In this document: one piece after another, positions 21,079-31,726 of the stretch
Layout: every line of letters begins with the position of its first letter
Numbering within the stretch: the first letter of the stretch is position 1
Assembly (NCBI GenBank): GCA_965223845.1
Contig: CBDCXR010000004.1
Coordinates: 6,208,001-6,272,000, forward strand
Length of the DNA: 64,000 nucleotides
From: Planctomycetota bacterium
Lineage (GTDB): Bacteria; Planctomycetota; UBA8108; SXIK01
Direction of reading: 5' to 3'
Translations under genes and position numbers: made by a program
The notes under the pieces: model-generated
Database searches by the model: none
The model's input: the letters and a program-made list of their open reading frames with translations, nothing else
What the model was told of the DNA's origin: nothing

Positions 21079-21996
21079 GTGCTCGACGGGGCTCGAGACG
21101 GCGAACGTCTCGAGCTCCATCGACTCGCCTCCTCGTCTGCCGACTCTGGTTTCATTCCGCATCCGAAGGAAAAGGGCGTGAACCTCGCGCACCTCGTCAG
21201 AGCTCGCGTGCGACTCGACCTGCGCGAAGGCGACTTCGACTCCGCTCTCCGGCGAACGCGGCAAATCCTCGAATTCGGGAGGCGCGTTGCAGGCTGCGAA
21301 TCGTTCGGAGATTCAATCGTGAGCGTCATCGTGCAGATCTGGGGACTCGCCGAACTCCGTCGCGTCGTCGAGCAGGGAACGCTCGGTTCCGACGTGTGTC
21401 GGGAATTGGTCGGCGATCTCGAAGCCTACGAATTCGATCGCCGTCGAGTCGATCGTCTCTGGGCGGCGGGTTACCGCGACGCCGTTCAGACGCTAGAGGA
21501 AAGCCCATGGCTCGGAGATTCGCGGTTCTATCTCCGGAACCGAACTCTCCAGCGCGTGGTGACCATCTATCGCGCGGAGCGAGCGTGGATGAAGGAGACC
21601 CAATGGACGGCCCCGCCGTTCCCCGAAAGCCGGGAGGCGTTTGTGCCCCCGACGCCATCGAATTGGTTCAACTCTGACGGCGAGCACGTTTACTTCACCG
21701 AGCTGGTGAGTGGCGGTTGGTGGGTCGACCCGTAGAAACTCGACTTCCAGGTCCGAGCGACTCGCCTCGTCCTCGCCATGCGAGTCTATAGACTCGAACA
21801 CGAGGTGCTCCCCGAGACGCTCGACGTCCTCGTCCCGGACTTCATCGATCAGGTGCCGATCGATCCCTTCTCCGCCGAGAAGAAACCGCTCAATTACTCG
21901 CGAAAAAATCGCGAAATCTGGTCGGTGGGCGCCGAGGATCCTCTGCACGTCCACCGTCCGGAAGAACTGGTCGTGCGGATTCCGCCGTCCTGGTGA
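21079..21996 (+). pseudogene. Probable pseudogene of a planctomycete protein with a GspG-like C-terminal motif, interrupted by in-frame TAG
   Basis: ORFs 21079-21735 and 21778-21996 share a frame across TAG 21733-21735. The tail RATRLVLAMRVYRLEHEVLPETLDVLVPDFIDQVPIDPFS...YS...WSVG is a familiar C-terminal motif. No convincing N-terminus. Confidence 0.6.
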
Positions 21997-22072
21997 AACG
22001 ACGGCCGCCGGGATCGGGGTTGTCCCGTCCCGGCGGTCTTTTGGTCGGACGCGCTCGTTCGCAGATACTTCC

Positions 22073-23812
22073 TTACTCGCAGCTCGAACTCTTCTCGCAC
22101 CCGAGCCCGTCCGCCGTCGGATCCACCCCGCAGACCGCACCCGGCGCCGCGGGAGCCCGACCACTCGAGAAGAGGTAGTTGAGCATGTAGGACGGATCCG
22201 AGATGTTCACCGCGCCGTCGTCGTTCGCGTCGAGCGCGTCGAGACACTCGACGTCCGCGCTTCCCCCGAAGAGGTGCGAGAGACTGAGGATCGCATCGCT
22301 GATGTCCATCCGCCCGCTCGCGTTCGTGTCGCCGCGGCGGAAGCGCGGTTCAGACGGAGGCGGATCGACGGGGTCGACCGGGTCCTCTGGGTCCTCTGGG
22401 TCCTCGGGGTCGACGGGCTCGCAGCTCCGCACGAGATGGCCGTCGTAGCCGAGCAGCGCGAGGCCGTACCGGCTGTCGGATCGGACGACCTTTCCCGCGA
22501 CGACGAGTCCGCGACCGGTTGCCGCGATCGCTCTACCGAACGAAGTCCCGTGCTCTCGCGCGAACTCGATCGACCGAATTCCTTTCGTCGCCCACGATGA
22601 ATCGAGAACCCCGTCGTCGCCGTAGCGATAGACGACGGCGGCATCGGATTCCGACCCCACCGTGAAGAATCCATCGGTCATTCCGAGTGCGATACCCGCT
22701 ACATCGTCCGGGACGAGCGCGTGTCCGAACCCCCCCGCGAAGTCTCGGTCGATTCCACCGTCGGGATCCATCCGAAACACGCCGTTTCCCGTCAGGAGGA
22801 GGTAACTGCCGTCAGGGCGGCGAAGGACGTCCTTCGCGGAGAGGTGCGGAGCGAGGGGGAGGTACTTCTTCCCGCGACGTCCGAACGACTCGTCGAGTCG
22901 ACCGTCGGGAAGATACCGAACGGCGACCGGACCATCGCCATCCCTCCCGAGGGCGAGGATCGAGCCGTCGCCGCTCACGTGCATCGCCGAAAGTTGGGCT
23001 CGGTCGCCGAGCTTCGTGACCACGACGCCGTCGCCCCCGAACGATCGATCGAAACTCCCGTCCGGGTGAATGCGCAGCAAGGAGAACTTGAGGTTGCAAT
23101 GACCGAAGAACGGACAGTCTTCGTCGGAGAACCCTCCGAGCACAATCCGCCCGTCGAAGAGCACCGTCATCGCGTGGACCTCTTCCCAGTTGTCGGTCCG
23201 GTTGATCATGAGCTTCCCGCCGTCAGCGAAGGACTCGTTGAGTGTTCCGTCCATATTGAGACAGACAAGCGCGCGGTTCGACCGATCGTTAGTCGTGAGA
23301 GCTACGTAGATGCGGCGAGAGATTCGTCCGCCCGTGACGGCGATCGCTCGCGGAAACGCCTCCCCGCGACCGAAGCTCAGGCGCACCGTTCCTAAATGTC
23401 CGAAGTTCCCGTCGATCTGACCGTCGCGGAGGTAGCGCGTCACGACGCCTTCCCCATCGATCTGACTGGCGAGGAGGATTCTCCCGTCCGATTGAACCGC
23501 GACTCGCGAAATGAACTTGCGACCTACGCCGGTCGGGTGGGAGATCGTTCCGGTGTGAGTCCCGTTCGGGTGGAGTGCGCCGAAACCGCACTCATCGGCG
23601 CGAGCGGCGTCGGGCCCGACAAACGAGAGTGCCGCGGCGAGGAACGTCGCCGCGGCGAGAGCTCGCGGTCGACGTTCGCGGGTTCGAGGCGAACGATCGC
23701 CGCTCCCCGACGCTCGAGTTCGAAGTCGAGACGGGGCCATCGCACCGGCCATTCGGTCGACGTCCGGCCAGCGAGCGAAACCGTGAGTCGGAGAGTAGGT
23801 TCGAGCTTCCAT
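22073..23812 (-). CDS. Secreted delta-60 repeat (beta-propeller) protein with C-terminal dockerin-like domain
   Basis: AAGGAGG RBS before ATG 23812; repeats of the type VAVQSDGRILLA...RYxxDGxLDxSFGxxG; a PEDP linker; FRRGDTNASG...DANDDGAVNISD tail. Confidence 0.85.
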   Translation of the reverse strand: MEARTYSPTHGFARWPDVDRMAGAMAPSRLRTRASGSGDRSPRTRERRPRALAAATFLAAALSFVGPDAARADECGFGALHPNGTHTGTISHPTGVGRKFISRVAVQSDGRILLASQIDGEGVVTRYLRDGQIDGNFGHLGTVRLSFGRGEAFPRAIAVTGGRISRRIYVALTTNDRSNRALVCLNMDGTLNESFADGGKLMINRTDNWEEVHAMTVLFDGRIVLGGFSDEDCPFFGHCNLKFSLLRIHPDGSFDRSFGGDGVVVTKLGDRAQLSAMHVSGDGSILALGRDGDGPVAVRYLPDGRLDESFGRRGKKYLPLAPHLSAKDVLRRPDGSYLLLTGNGVFRMDPDGGIDRDFAGGFGHALVPDDVAGIALGMTDGFFTVGSESDAAVVYRYGDDGVLDSSWATKGIRSIEFAREHGTSFGRAIAATGRGLVVAGKVVRSDSRYGLALLGYDGHLVRSCEPVDPEDPEDPEDPVDPVDPPPSEPRFRRGDTNASGRMDISDAILSLSHLFGGSADVECLDALDANDDGAVNISDPSYMLNYLFSSGRAPAAPGAVCGVDPTADGLGCEKSSSCE

Positions 23813-23945
23813 TCTGGGCCTCCTTGAGACGGGGTGGGTGACGAGCTGCGGATCCGTCCGCCCGGATCCACTCGCCCCCGCGCCGTCCCGCGCGAAGAGG
23901 GGCCAGAATTCTTCGTTTTTCTCAGGGTCGCGACGGAATGAGACC

Positions 23946-24578
23946 TCAGCCTCGCTCGCTTGGCGTCTCCCCCGCGCCGCCGAGGGCGTCGTAAAGCCAA
24001 GCGCGCGCAAAGCTCCAGTCGCGCTTCACCGTCCGCGTCGACGATCCGAGCACCGCGGCGGTCTCCTCGACACTCAAGCCGGCGAAGTAGCGAAGCCGCA
24101 CGGTTTCCGCGAGTCGCGCATCGAACTCTTGTAGGCGATCGATCGCGTCGACGAGTGAGAGCGTGTCGTCGGGGTCGCTCGCCGCGAGGTCGGCGACGTC
24201 GAGAAACTCCCGCGCGTTCCCGCCCCCGCGCTTCTCGCGAGACCGTCGCCGCGCGTACTCGATGAGGATACGCCGCATCGCATCGGCCGCCGCGTGAAAG
24301 AATTGCGCACGCCCGGTCATCGGACGCGCGCTGAGATCTCCGACCAGACGAAAGTACGCCTCGTGGACGAGGTCGTCCGCCTGGAGCGTGTGTCCCGCGC
24401 GCTCACGGGCGATCCGGCCGCGAGCGATCGAGCGCAGCTCGCCATAGACGACTTCGATGAGCCGATCCCTCGAGTCGACATCTCCGGCGCTCACCGCCTC
24501 GAGAAGCGACGTCACCTCGTGGGGCGGCGGTGTCGCGGGATCGGGTTCACCTCGACTCGGTCGTGGAGGCTCGCTCAC
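23946..24578 (-). CDS. ECF sigma factor, planctomycete kinase-associated type (TIGR02999-like)
   Basis: EVTSLL...VYGELRSIA...[16 protein letters not shown]...[18 protein letters not shown]...KRGG...[13 protein letters not shown]...[13 protein letters not shown]. Confidence 0.92.
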   Translation of the reverse strand: MSEPPRPSRGEPDPATPPPHEVTSLLEAVSAGDVDSRDRLIEVVYGELRSIARGRIARERAGHTLQADDLVHEAYFRLVGDLSARPMTGRAQFFHAAADAMRRILIEYARRRSREKRGGGNAREFLDVADLAASDPDDTLSLVDAIDRLQEFDARLAETVRLRYFAGLSVEETAAVLGSSTRTVKRDWSFARAWLYDALGGAGETPSERG

Positions 24579-27500
24579 GCTCGAATTCCTCGAACCGCTT
24601 CTTCCACGCTCGCTCCCGCTTCTCGTCTCCTGCGGCCTGGTAGAGCCGCACGAGTCGGTCGAGCGTCAGCCGCAGCGTCCGCTCGAGCGTACGCGGATCG
24701 TCTTTCATGTTGCGGTAGCTTTCGATGAGGAGCGTTCGCGCTTCCTTCAATCGACCTTGGCCGAGCAGGCTGTCACCGAGAGCGCTTTCGGCGGCCCAGA
24801 TCTGAATCGCGTTCTCGTCCGCGTTTTGCCTCAAGTATCCTAGGCACTCCTGCAAGATCTTTTCGGCCTTCACGTGCTTCTCGTTCCCGACGAGGACGAG
24901 TCCGTACATCAAGAGAGCCGACGCGTTCCGCGGCATCTGTTCGGGCCGCGCCGCCGCGCGGATGATTTCGACGACGCGCTCGATGTGCGGGAGCGCCGCC
25001 TCGAAGCGTGCTTCGGACTCGAGGCACGTCGCCATCGCCGCGTGGGCCCGCGCTATTCCGGCGCGAGTCGTGCCGATCCGCTCCTGCAGGTCGAACAGCT
25101 CCTTGAGGACAGTCTCCGCGCGATCGCATTCACCCGTCCGAACGTAGGCTTCCCCGAGATTGAGGAGCACGACGAGAATCGAAGGGTTTTCCGCGCCAAC
25201 GGCTTCCTTCAGATCATCGATCGTTTCCTCGAGGAGCGCCTTGGCCTCCTCCGCGCGTCCGAGCGCGGTGTAGTTCGCCGCGAGGTTGGTCATCGACTCG
25301 AGCGTCCGGGCGTGCTCGGGACCGAGAGTGCGTTTTCGGATTTCGAGTGCCTTGCCGCTCCACTCGGCGCCTTCGGAGTGGTTTCCCTCGTAAGTGAAGG
25401 TCACTCCGAGCGCCGCGTGAACCTCCGCCGTCTGGCTATGATCCGCTCCGTAGATTTTCTCGTAGGCAGCGAGCGCACGGCGGAGGTTGTCCTTCGCCTT
25501 CTCGTAGCGAGCTTGCTGGCTGTGAATGACGCCGACGTTCATTCTCGCCCGTGCGACGGGAGGAAAGTCCCCGCCGTAGACCCGTGTGCCGATTTCAATC
25601 ACCTCCTCGAAGAGCGCGATGGCTTCATCGTGGCGCTCGAGCAACGGAAGAACGGCCGCCAGATCGTGCATCCCCCGGAGCGTCTTCGCGTGCTCCGGTC
25701 CGAGAACGCGGCGGCAAGCGGCGAGAGTCTCGCGAGAGAGCTTCTCCGATTCATCAATTCGCCCGCTGTAGTGGAGCGCTCGCGCGCGATCGAAGGAGGC
25801 GGTGAGAACCTTCGGATGCTCGGCGCCGAGTTCCTTTCGCAACCGCGGAATGACCTCCGATGTCACTTTCTCGGATGCGACGAATCGTCCCGCCGCGCCT
25901 AAGACGGCGCCGAGGGTCGCGATCGCGGAGAGTGTCACGTCGTGGTCTTCGCCGCCGAGAAGTGCGGCTAGATCGCGCGTCTCCATGAGGAGGGATTCGG
26001 CTTCCTTGAGTCGGCCAAGCCTCGCCGACACCTCCGCCAAGTGGACGGTCATGCGAAGCGTCGTGAGGTCATCTTCACCGAGAACTCTCTCGCAGACTGC
26101 GCGCAGATCTCGAAACGTGGACTCGGCGTCCCGGAACCGCGCCATCTCGGAATACGTCTCGCCGAGTCCTTCGCGCGCGAGGATGGTCGGCAGAGCGTCG
26201 TCGCCGAGGCGCGCCGAACGAACCTCGATCGAACGCTCGAAGCTCGCCTCGGCGAGTTTGAAGCGACCGAGACCGAGGTGCGCTCGACCGACCGTGTGGC
26301 GGAGCGTCGCCTCGATTTCCGGTTCGTCCCGGAGAGCGTCCCAAAGGTCGGCTCGCGTGTAGTCGTCGAGGAGTTGGCGGACGGTGTAGGTCGGCCCGCG
26401 CGCGGTTTCCGGGTCGGCGGCGTGAAACATCTCGTCGATGAGCCCGAAGACGCGACGGGCGGTGTCGGCCTCGCGGCGCGCGATCTTCGCGCTCTCTTCG
26501 GCTTTCGCCTGGGCGATGCGTGCGTTTTCCTTCTCGGCGCGCTCGCGCCCCTCGGCCTCCTGTGCCGTTGTCGCTGCGGTTTGCGCGAGATCGCGTTCGT
26601 CGGCCGCGACGATGAAACCCCAAATCGCGAGCAGGAGGCCGGTGATGAGCGCCCCGGCAACGACGCCCGCTCCAGCGACCGCGACGCGATTTCGACGGAT
26701 GAACTTCTTCACCCGATACGCCGTCGAGGGCGGTCCCGCCGCGACGGGTTCGTGTTCGAGAAACCGTCCGATGTCGAGCGCGAAGGCCGCGGCGCTCTCG
26801 TACCGGCGCGACCGGTCCTTCTCGAGCGCCTTCATGATGATCCAGTCGAGATCGCCGCGGAGTAGTCGTCCGAGCTCGCGGGCGTCGACTTGGCGCGAAC
26901 CGGCGACCACCGTTCGGCTCTCGTCGTCCATCGAACTCACCCGCGTCGACGGCTTCGGCGGCGTTTCCTCGCGAATGACTCGCTGGACCTCCTTGTAGCC
27001 TCGCTCGAAGAGTTCCTTCGTGTCGAACGGAGTCGTGCCCGTGAGCAACTCGTAGAGGAGGACTCCGAGCGAATAGATGTCGCTCCGCGTATCGATGTCG
27101 AGACTCGACATCTCGGCTTGCTCGGGACTCATGTACGCGGGCGTGCCGACCATCGCGTGAAAGCGCGTGAAGAAGGTCTTTTCGGTGAGCTTCTGGTGCG
27201 TCGCCTTCGCGATGCCGAAATCGATGATTTTCGGCACGGCGCGGCCGTCGTTGACCGTGACAAGGACGTTCGACGGCTTGAGATCGCGGTGGATGATCCC
27301 TTTTTGGTGCGCGTGCTGAACCGCGTCGCAGACCGGGATGAACAGCTCGAGACGCTCCCGCGGAGAGAGGTTGTTCGCGTCGCAATATTCAGAGATCGCC
27401 ACGCCACGGACGAGCTCCATCACGAAGTAGGGACGACCCTCGCGCGTCGAACCCGCGTCGAGCACCCGGGCGATGTTGGGATGCTCCATCATCGCGAGCG

Positions 27501-27990
27501 CTTGTCGCTCGGCCTCGAACCGAGCGATCACCTCGCGCGTGTCCATGCCGAGCTTGATCACCTTGACGGCGACGCGCCGGCGCACGGGCGCTTCTTGCTC
27601 GGCCATCCACACCGACCCGAATCCGCCTTCGCCGAGCTTCTGAAGAAGCTTGTAGGGGCCGATGCGAGAACTACGGGACGGATCGAAATCCGCCGACGCT
27701 TCGATCTCGCCCCCCGTCGAATCCGGCTCGGGCGCGACCGTTCCCCGCTCGACCGGAAGGGTGGGACCCGCGTCCGCTGCGGCGGCGACTCGCTGAGGTG
27801 TCTCCGAGGCGTCCGTCGCGAGAAATGAATCGGCGGCCGCGTGTGCAGCGAGGAGGCGTTCGATCTGCGCTTTGATCGCGTCGTCGTCTCCGCAAGCTTC
27901 GGCGAGAAACGATGCGCGCTTCTCTTCGGGAAGCCGTACGGCGTTCTCGAAGATCCGCTGCAACCGACTGCGCCCGTCGCGATCCGCCAT
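24547..27990 (-). CDS. Ser/Thr protein kinase with TM helix and TPR repeats
   Basis: [51 protein letters not shown]; TM segment; LGxxHPxTL-type TPRs. Confidence 0.95.
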   Translation of the reverse strand: MADRDGRSRLQRIFENAVRLPEEKRASFLAEACGDDDAIKAQIERLLAAHAAADSFLATDASETPQRVAAAADAGPTLPVERGTVAPEPDSTGGEIEASADFDPSRSSRIGPYKLLQKLGEGGFGSVWMAEQEAPVRRRVAVKVIKLGMDTREVIARFEAERQALAMMEHPNIARVLDAGSTREGRPYFVMELVRGVAISEYCDANNLSPRERLELFIPVCDAVQHAHQKGIIHRDLKPSNVLVTVNDGRAVPKIIDFGIAKATHQKLTEKTFFTRFHAMVGTPAYMSPEQAEMSSLDIDTRSDIYSLGVLLYELLTGTTPFDTKELFERGYKEVQRVIREETPPKPSTRVSSMDDESRTVVAGSRQVDARELGRLLRGDLDWIIMKALEKDRSRRYESAAAFALDIGRFLEHEPVAAGPPSTAYRVKKFIRRNRVAVAGAGVVAGALITGLLLAIWGFIVAADERDLAQTAATTAQEAEGRERAEKENARIAQAKAEESAKIARREADTARRVFGLIDEMFHAADPETARGPTYTVRQLLDDYTRADLWDALRDEPEIEATLRHTVGRAHLGLGRFKLAEASFERSIEVRSARLGDDALPTILAREGLGETYSEMARFRDAESTFRDLRAVCERVLGEDDLTTLRMTVHLAEVSARLGRLKEAESLLMETRDLAALLGGEDHDVTLSAIATLGAVLGAAGRFVASEKVTSEVIPRLRKELGAEHPKVLTASFDRARALHYSGRIDESEKLSRETLAACRRVLGPEHAKTLRGMHDLAAVLPLLERHDEAIALFEEVIEIGTRVYGGDFPPVARARMNVGVIHSQQARYEKAKDNLRRALAAYEKIYGADHSQTAEVHAALGVTFTYEGNHSEGAEWSGKALEIRKRTLGPEHARTLESMTNLAANYTALGRAEEAKALLEETIDDLKEAVGAENPSILVVLLNLGEAYVRTGECDRAETVLKELFDLQERIGTTRAGIARAHAAMATCLESEARFEAALPHIERVVEIIRAAARPEQMPRNASALLMYGLVLVGNEKHVKAEKILQECLGYLRQNADENAIQIWAAESALGDSLLGQGRLKEARTLLIESYRNMKDDPRTLERTLRLTLDRLVRLYQAAGDEKRERAWKKRFEEFERERASTTESR

Positions 27991-28207
27991 CTCCGTCGTC
28001 CAAGTCCGGGTGATTCACGAGCTGTGTCTCGAGCCGATCATCGTAACCGGTTTGGGCGGAGGAGTCCGCCGTGCGGGATTTCCTCCGCATGCCGGGTCCG
28101 GTTGACTTGGTCGACGTTGGCCTACCGTTGGTCGTGCGTTCGGCGCAGGCGCGTAGTATGACTAAGATGCTCGACCCTGCGGACCTGGGGAGGCAGACGA
28201 GACCGAA

Positions 28208-30898
28208 ATGTACAAATGGCGCCAACGAATCGCGGCCGCGATCCTCGCCCTTCCGGCGTGCACGTTCGTTGGTTTTCTCGTGTACCGCCACGTCCGCGAA
28301 CGCGTCGAGCTCGCGCGCGTTGTGAACGGCGATCGGGCGCGGAGTGAGGCTGCTGCGGCTTGGCTCGCGGAGACCAAGATTCCGGGTGCAGTCGAGGCTT
28401 TGCTCGCGCGAGGGAAGGCGGATATCGAGCGCACGATTTCCGAGCTGGGTCTCGGAGACCAGCCCTGGACGGGGCCGGATCTCGCGCCAGCCTACATTAA
28501 CCGCGCGCTCGATTCGCTCCTCTGGCCTCCCTACGACCCTCTGGTTGCTGAGCTTCTCGCTGACTCGGAGCCTCGGGTCCGTGCGTGGGCGGCGAAAGTG
28601 CTCGGACGTCAGTCCTCGCGAAGTGAGGGCGCGCTGGTAGCGCTCGCTCGTGCGACTCGAGACGAAGATTTCGAGACAGCTCGCTGGGCTAGCGAGGCGC
28701 TTCTCCGCGAGGGTCGGCGCGCCGCGAAGTTCCTCGTGGACGCGATCCCTATCGAGGACGCCCCAGTCACGGCACGGGACAACTTGACATGGGAGGAGTT
28801 CCTCGATCGAAGCTGGACTTATAAAGCGATTGTTCGATTGGGACCGAACGCCAAAGCGGTTCGCCATCGATTCCGCGAACGCATCGAGAGAATCGAGTCA
28901 CGACTTACCGACACCGACCGCCGCGCGCACCGATCGCGCTACCTGGCGACGGGGTTTCACGCTCTCCTGATCCCCCTCAGCGACGAGATGGAGGCGGAGT
29001 TTATACGTCCATTGGAACGATCGCTCGCGCCCACGCCGACGCTCGGCGGCGGCAGAGGTCGACCGGAAACCGCGCGCTTCATCTCTCGTTTGCTAGACGC
29101 AATGGCCATGGCCTCGCAGGCCGTAGGTGAGACCCTGGACGCGCGCGTCTTCCGACGAATTGCGCTCGGCCTCGAGGAGCGGCGGTCACGGATACCGATC
29201 GAGGAGCGTCACTTGGCTGTGAAACTGGAACCATTGAGAGACTCGGATCGGGAACGCCGAGTCGAAAGTTTCCTCTTCGCCCTCGATCGACTCGGCCCGA
29301 GGGCGGAATCCGCGATTCCGCGTGTCGTGAAGCTCGCGGATTCCGCCGCCGATTCGTGGTTCATTTTCCGAGAGGTTTTGAGGCCCGGGGCAAACGTATC
29401 GCGACCAGAGATTAGCGCCGCGGTCGCCGTTCCCCTCTTGCTCGAGTCCGGACTCGATCGATTGGTGTCTCTGCAACAGCTTTCCCGGTATCCCGAGTAC
29501 GCGTCCGAAATCGTGCCGGCGATCGAGCAGGACTTGATGGCCGATTCGCGCGAGATTCGCTGCGAAGCGGCGCGCACATTGCGGGCGATGGGTGAGCTCG
29601 GAAGACGAACGACGGACGCCACGATCGCACGGTTCGGAAAGGAGAACCGCGTTTGGCTCGCTGAGGTGCTGTCGTATCTCGACCCAACCGATCCCCGAAT
29701 GGCGGAGTACGTCGTTTCCGAACTCTCGCGGCCATCGGGCGAGCCTCGTCTAGAGATTCTCCGACGAGTGGGCGCGGTCGAGTCGGCGATCGAAACTGTG
29801 CGTCCGAAGCTTCGGGCATGGCTCGGCCATGGGGATTCCGCCGTACGGCTGTGGGCCGCGGCCGCATTCTGCCTCCAGGATCCGGATACGACCGAGGCGA
29901 TGCGAGCGCTCGAGGCTGCGTGCACAGATCAGGCGCTGGTGACGGAAGACCGCGAAACACCGGAGCTGTTTCGGACGCTCGAGGAGTGCGGAGAACGAGG
30001 ACTCGACGTCCTCGCGAGATTGTTCGAGAGTAGCCCGAAACGCCTGCATGAGGCTGCGTTCGAGAGTCTCCACCGAATGAATCCCGGCGAAGAGTCTCTT
30101 CCCGTACTCCGGCGGATGCTCGGCAACAGGAGCACGGAACTGCTTGCCGTCGCGCTCCACTTGACGGGGAAACTGGGCGTGAAGGCTCGGTCTCTACGCT
30201 CCACCGTCGAGGAGTTGACCGAGCATTCCCTCGTCGAGCTTCGAGAGCTCGCGTTCAGCACGCTCGGCAAGATCGCGCCGAACGCGGTGCTCCCCCGGCC
30301 GGCCGACCTCGAGCCGATCGAAAAACTCCTCGCGGCGCTGGAGACCGGCACCCCCAGTGAACGGCGCGACGCGCTGCTCACGCTCGCGTGGAACGACCAA
30401 GATGATCCGCGAACGCTCGACGCTCTTCTCGCCGGAATTCGCGATCCGTCCCTCGCGTACTCGTCATCGCGAGGACTCGTCGGGTTGGGCGCTCGATCGG
30501 TGGACGGGTTGATGCCACTTCTCGAGCACCCGTCCGAGGAGACGCGATCATGGGTGGCGTACACTCTCGGGCGAATCGGCATCGAAGCGAGCGCGTCGAT
30601 TCCCGCGCTCGTTCGAGCTGCGCGGGACGAAGATTGGGTGACTCGCGCGAATGCGATTCAGGCGCTCGGGCGCGTGGGTCGCGGGGACGAACGCGCCCGT
30701 GACGCTGTTCTCCGAGGATTGCTCGATCTCGAAGGAGACCTTCGCTGGTACGCGATAGAGGCGAAGGCTCGGCTCCAATCTGACGAACCGATCCCAAGAG
30801 ACGAGACCGACTGGCTCGATATCTTTAGTCGTTTCTATCCCTACTACGGTTCCCGGCGCGGGCGGTGCGACCACCGTACGTTTTGTACACGTGGATGA
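28208..30898 (+). CDS. HEAT-repeat protein with N-terminal membrane anchor
   Basis: Repeats such as LLADSEPRVRAWAAKVLG, LLEHPSEETRSWVAYTLGRIG and ARDEDWVTRANAIQALG. Confidence 0.8.
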   Translation: MYKWRQRIAAAILALPACTFVGFLVYRHVRERVELARVVNGDRARSEAAAAWLAETKIPGAVEALLARGKADIERTISELGLGDQPWTGPDLAPAYINRALDSLLWPPYDPLVAELLADSEPRVRAWAAKVLGRQSSRSEGALVALARATRDEDFETARWASEALLREGRRAAKFLVDAIPIEDAPVTARDNLTWEEFLDRSWTYKAIVRLGPNAKAVRHRFRERIERIESRLTDTDRRAHRSRYLATGFHALLIPLSDEMEAEFIRPLERSLAPTPTLGGGRGRPETARFISRLLDAMAMASQAVGETLDARVFRRIALGLEERRSRIPIEERHLAVKLEPLRDSDRERRVESFLFALDRLGPRAESAIPRVVKLADSAADSWFIFREVLRPGANVSRPEISAAVAVPLLLESGLDRLVSLQQLSRYPEYASEIVPAIEQDLMADSREIRCEAARTLRAMGELGRRTTDATIARFGKENRVWLAEVLSYLDPTDPRMAEYVVSELSRPSGEPRLEILRRVGAVESAIETVRPKLRAWLGHGDSAVRLWAAAAFCLQDPDTTEAMRALEAACTDQALVTEDRETPELFRTLEECGERGLDVLARLFESSPKRLHEAAFESLHRMNPGEESLPVLRRMLGNRSTELLAVALHLTGKLGVKARSLRSTVEELTEHSLVELRELAFSTLGKIAPNAVLPRPADLEPIEKLLAALETGTPSERRDALLTLAWNDQDDPRTLDALLAGIRDPSLAYSSSRGLVGLGARSVDGLMPLLEHPSEETRSWVAYTLGRIGIEASASIPALVRAARDEDWVTRANAIQALGRVGRGDERARDAVLRGLLDLEGDLRWYAIEAKARLQSDEPIPRDETDWLDIFSRFYPYYGSRRGRCDHRTFCTRG

Positions 30899-31008
30899 TG
30901 CGGCGACGACGGACGACCCAAACTCGCGGTCGGTAAGCGTCTGGGAGTCGGGCTGCCCCTCGTTTGAGGTCGTGGCGCGACTCACTCCCGAAGAAAGAAG
31001 GGCTTGGC

Positions 31009-31560
31009 GTGTTCGAGCGGCTGTTCCGGAGGCGGCCTTGGAGTCTCGTCGATCCCGATTGGGATCTGGAGATCGTCGAGTTTGCGATGGAGATGGAGGA
31101 GACGTTTGAGATCTCAATTCCAGACGAGCAGGCCGAGAGGATCCGCACGATCGGGGACTTGAAAACGTATTTGACTGCGAACTGCTGGTCGCAGCCCGCG
31201 AGTTCCTGCGCGACTCAGGCTGCGTTCTGCCGCTTGAGATCTCGAGCCTGCAGTGTGCTCGGAGTGTCGAAGACCGCCGTGGTTCCACGGACGCGATGGC
31301 TCGTGCTCCTGCCTCCCGACGACACGTTTCGCCTCTGGTCGCAGATCGCTCGCGAAGCCGGAGTTCCGCCTCCGACCGTAAGGGACCCACGTCGAGGGCG
31401 CGACGGGTTGCCGCTGAATCGAACCACCGTTGGCGAGGTTGCGAAATTGCTCGCCGCGCTGGCCCCGCGGGTAGATGACATCTCAGCGCGGATAGATCGA
31501 CTGGTAATGAACTTTTTCGACGTGACGGATTTTACGGACGAAGTGGGCTGGTGCGGCTGA
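31009..31560 (+). CDS. Protein with acyl-carrier-protein-like N-terminal domain
   Basis: DLEIVEFAMEMEETFEISIPDEQAERIRTIGDL matches ACP helices II-IV but lacks the DSL serine; GTG 31009 start inferred. Confidence 0.65.
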   Translation: MFERLFRRRPWSLVDPDWDLEIVEFAMEMEETFEISIPDEQAERIRTIGDLKTYLTANCWSQPASSCATQAAFCRLRSRACSVLGVSKTAVVPRTRWLVLLPPDDTFRLWSQIAREAGVPPPTVRDPRRGRDGLPLNRTTVGEVAKLLAALAPRVDDISARIDRLVMNFFDVTDFTDEVGWCG

Positions 31561-31726
31561 GAGTTGAGCGTCGCGAGTCTCTTCTCTCGCGATCTCGCGC
31601 GTCCTCTGTGATGCGCGCTTCGTTCGCGGTTTCGCGCGGTCACGCGTCAGCTTTGGATGCCCGGGCCACGATCCATTCGCGCGCCGAGCGTCGCGTCAAC
31701 GCCGACGCTCGGCGCGTTCCAAGAAG

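Noticed and set aside
21733-21735. Pyrrolysine or genome-wide TAG recoding
   Set aside because: TAG terminates clearly complete genes here (e.g. TolC at 56985, M28 at 57011) and the affected gene looks truncated.
22366-22416. Short 9-bp tandem repeats (also 53881-53940 in parB)
   Set aside because: They encode ordinary Pro/acidic linkers (PEDPEDP, EPEPEP).
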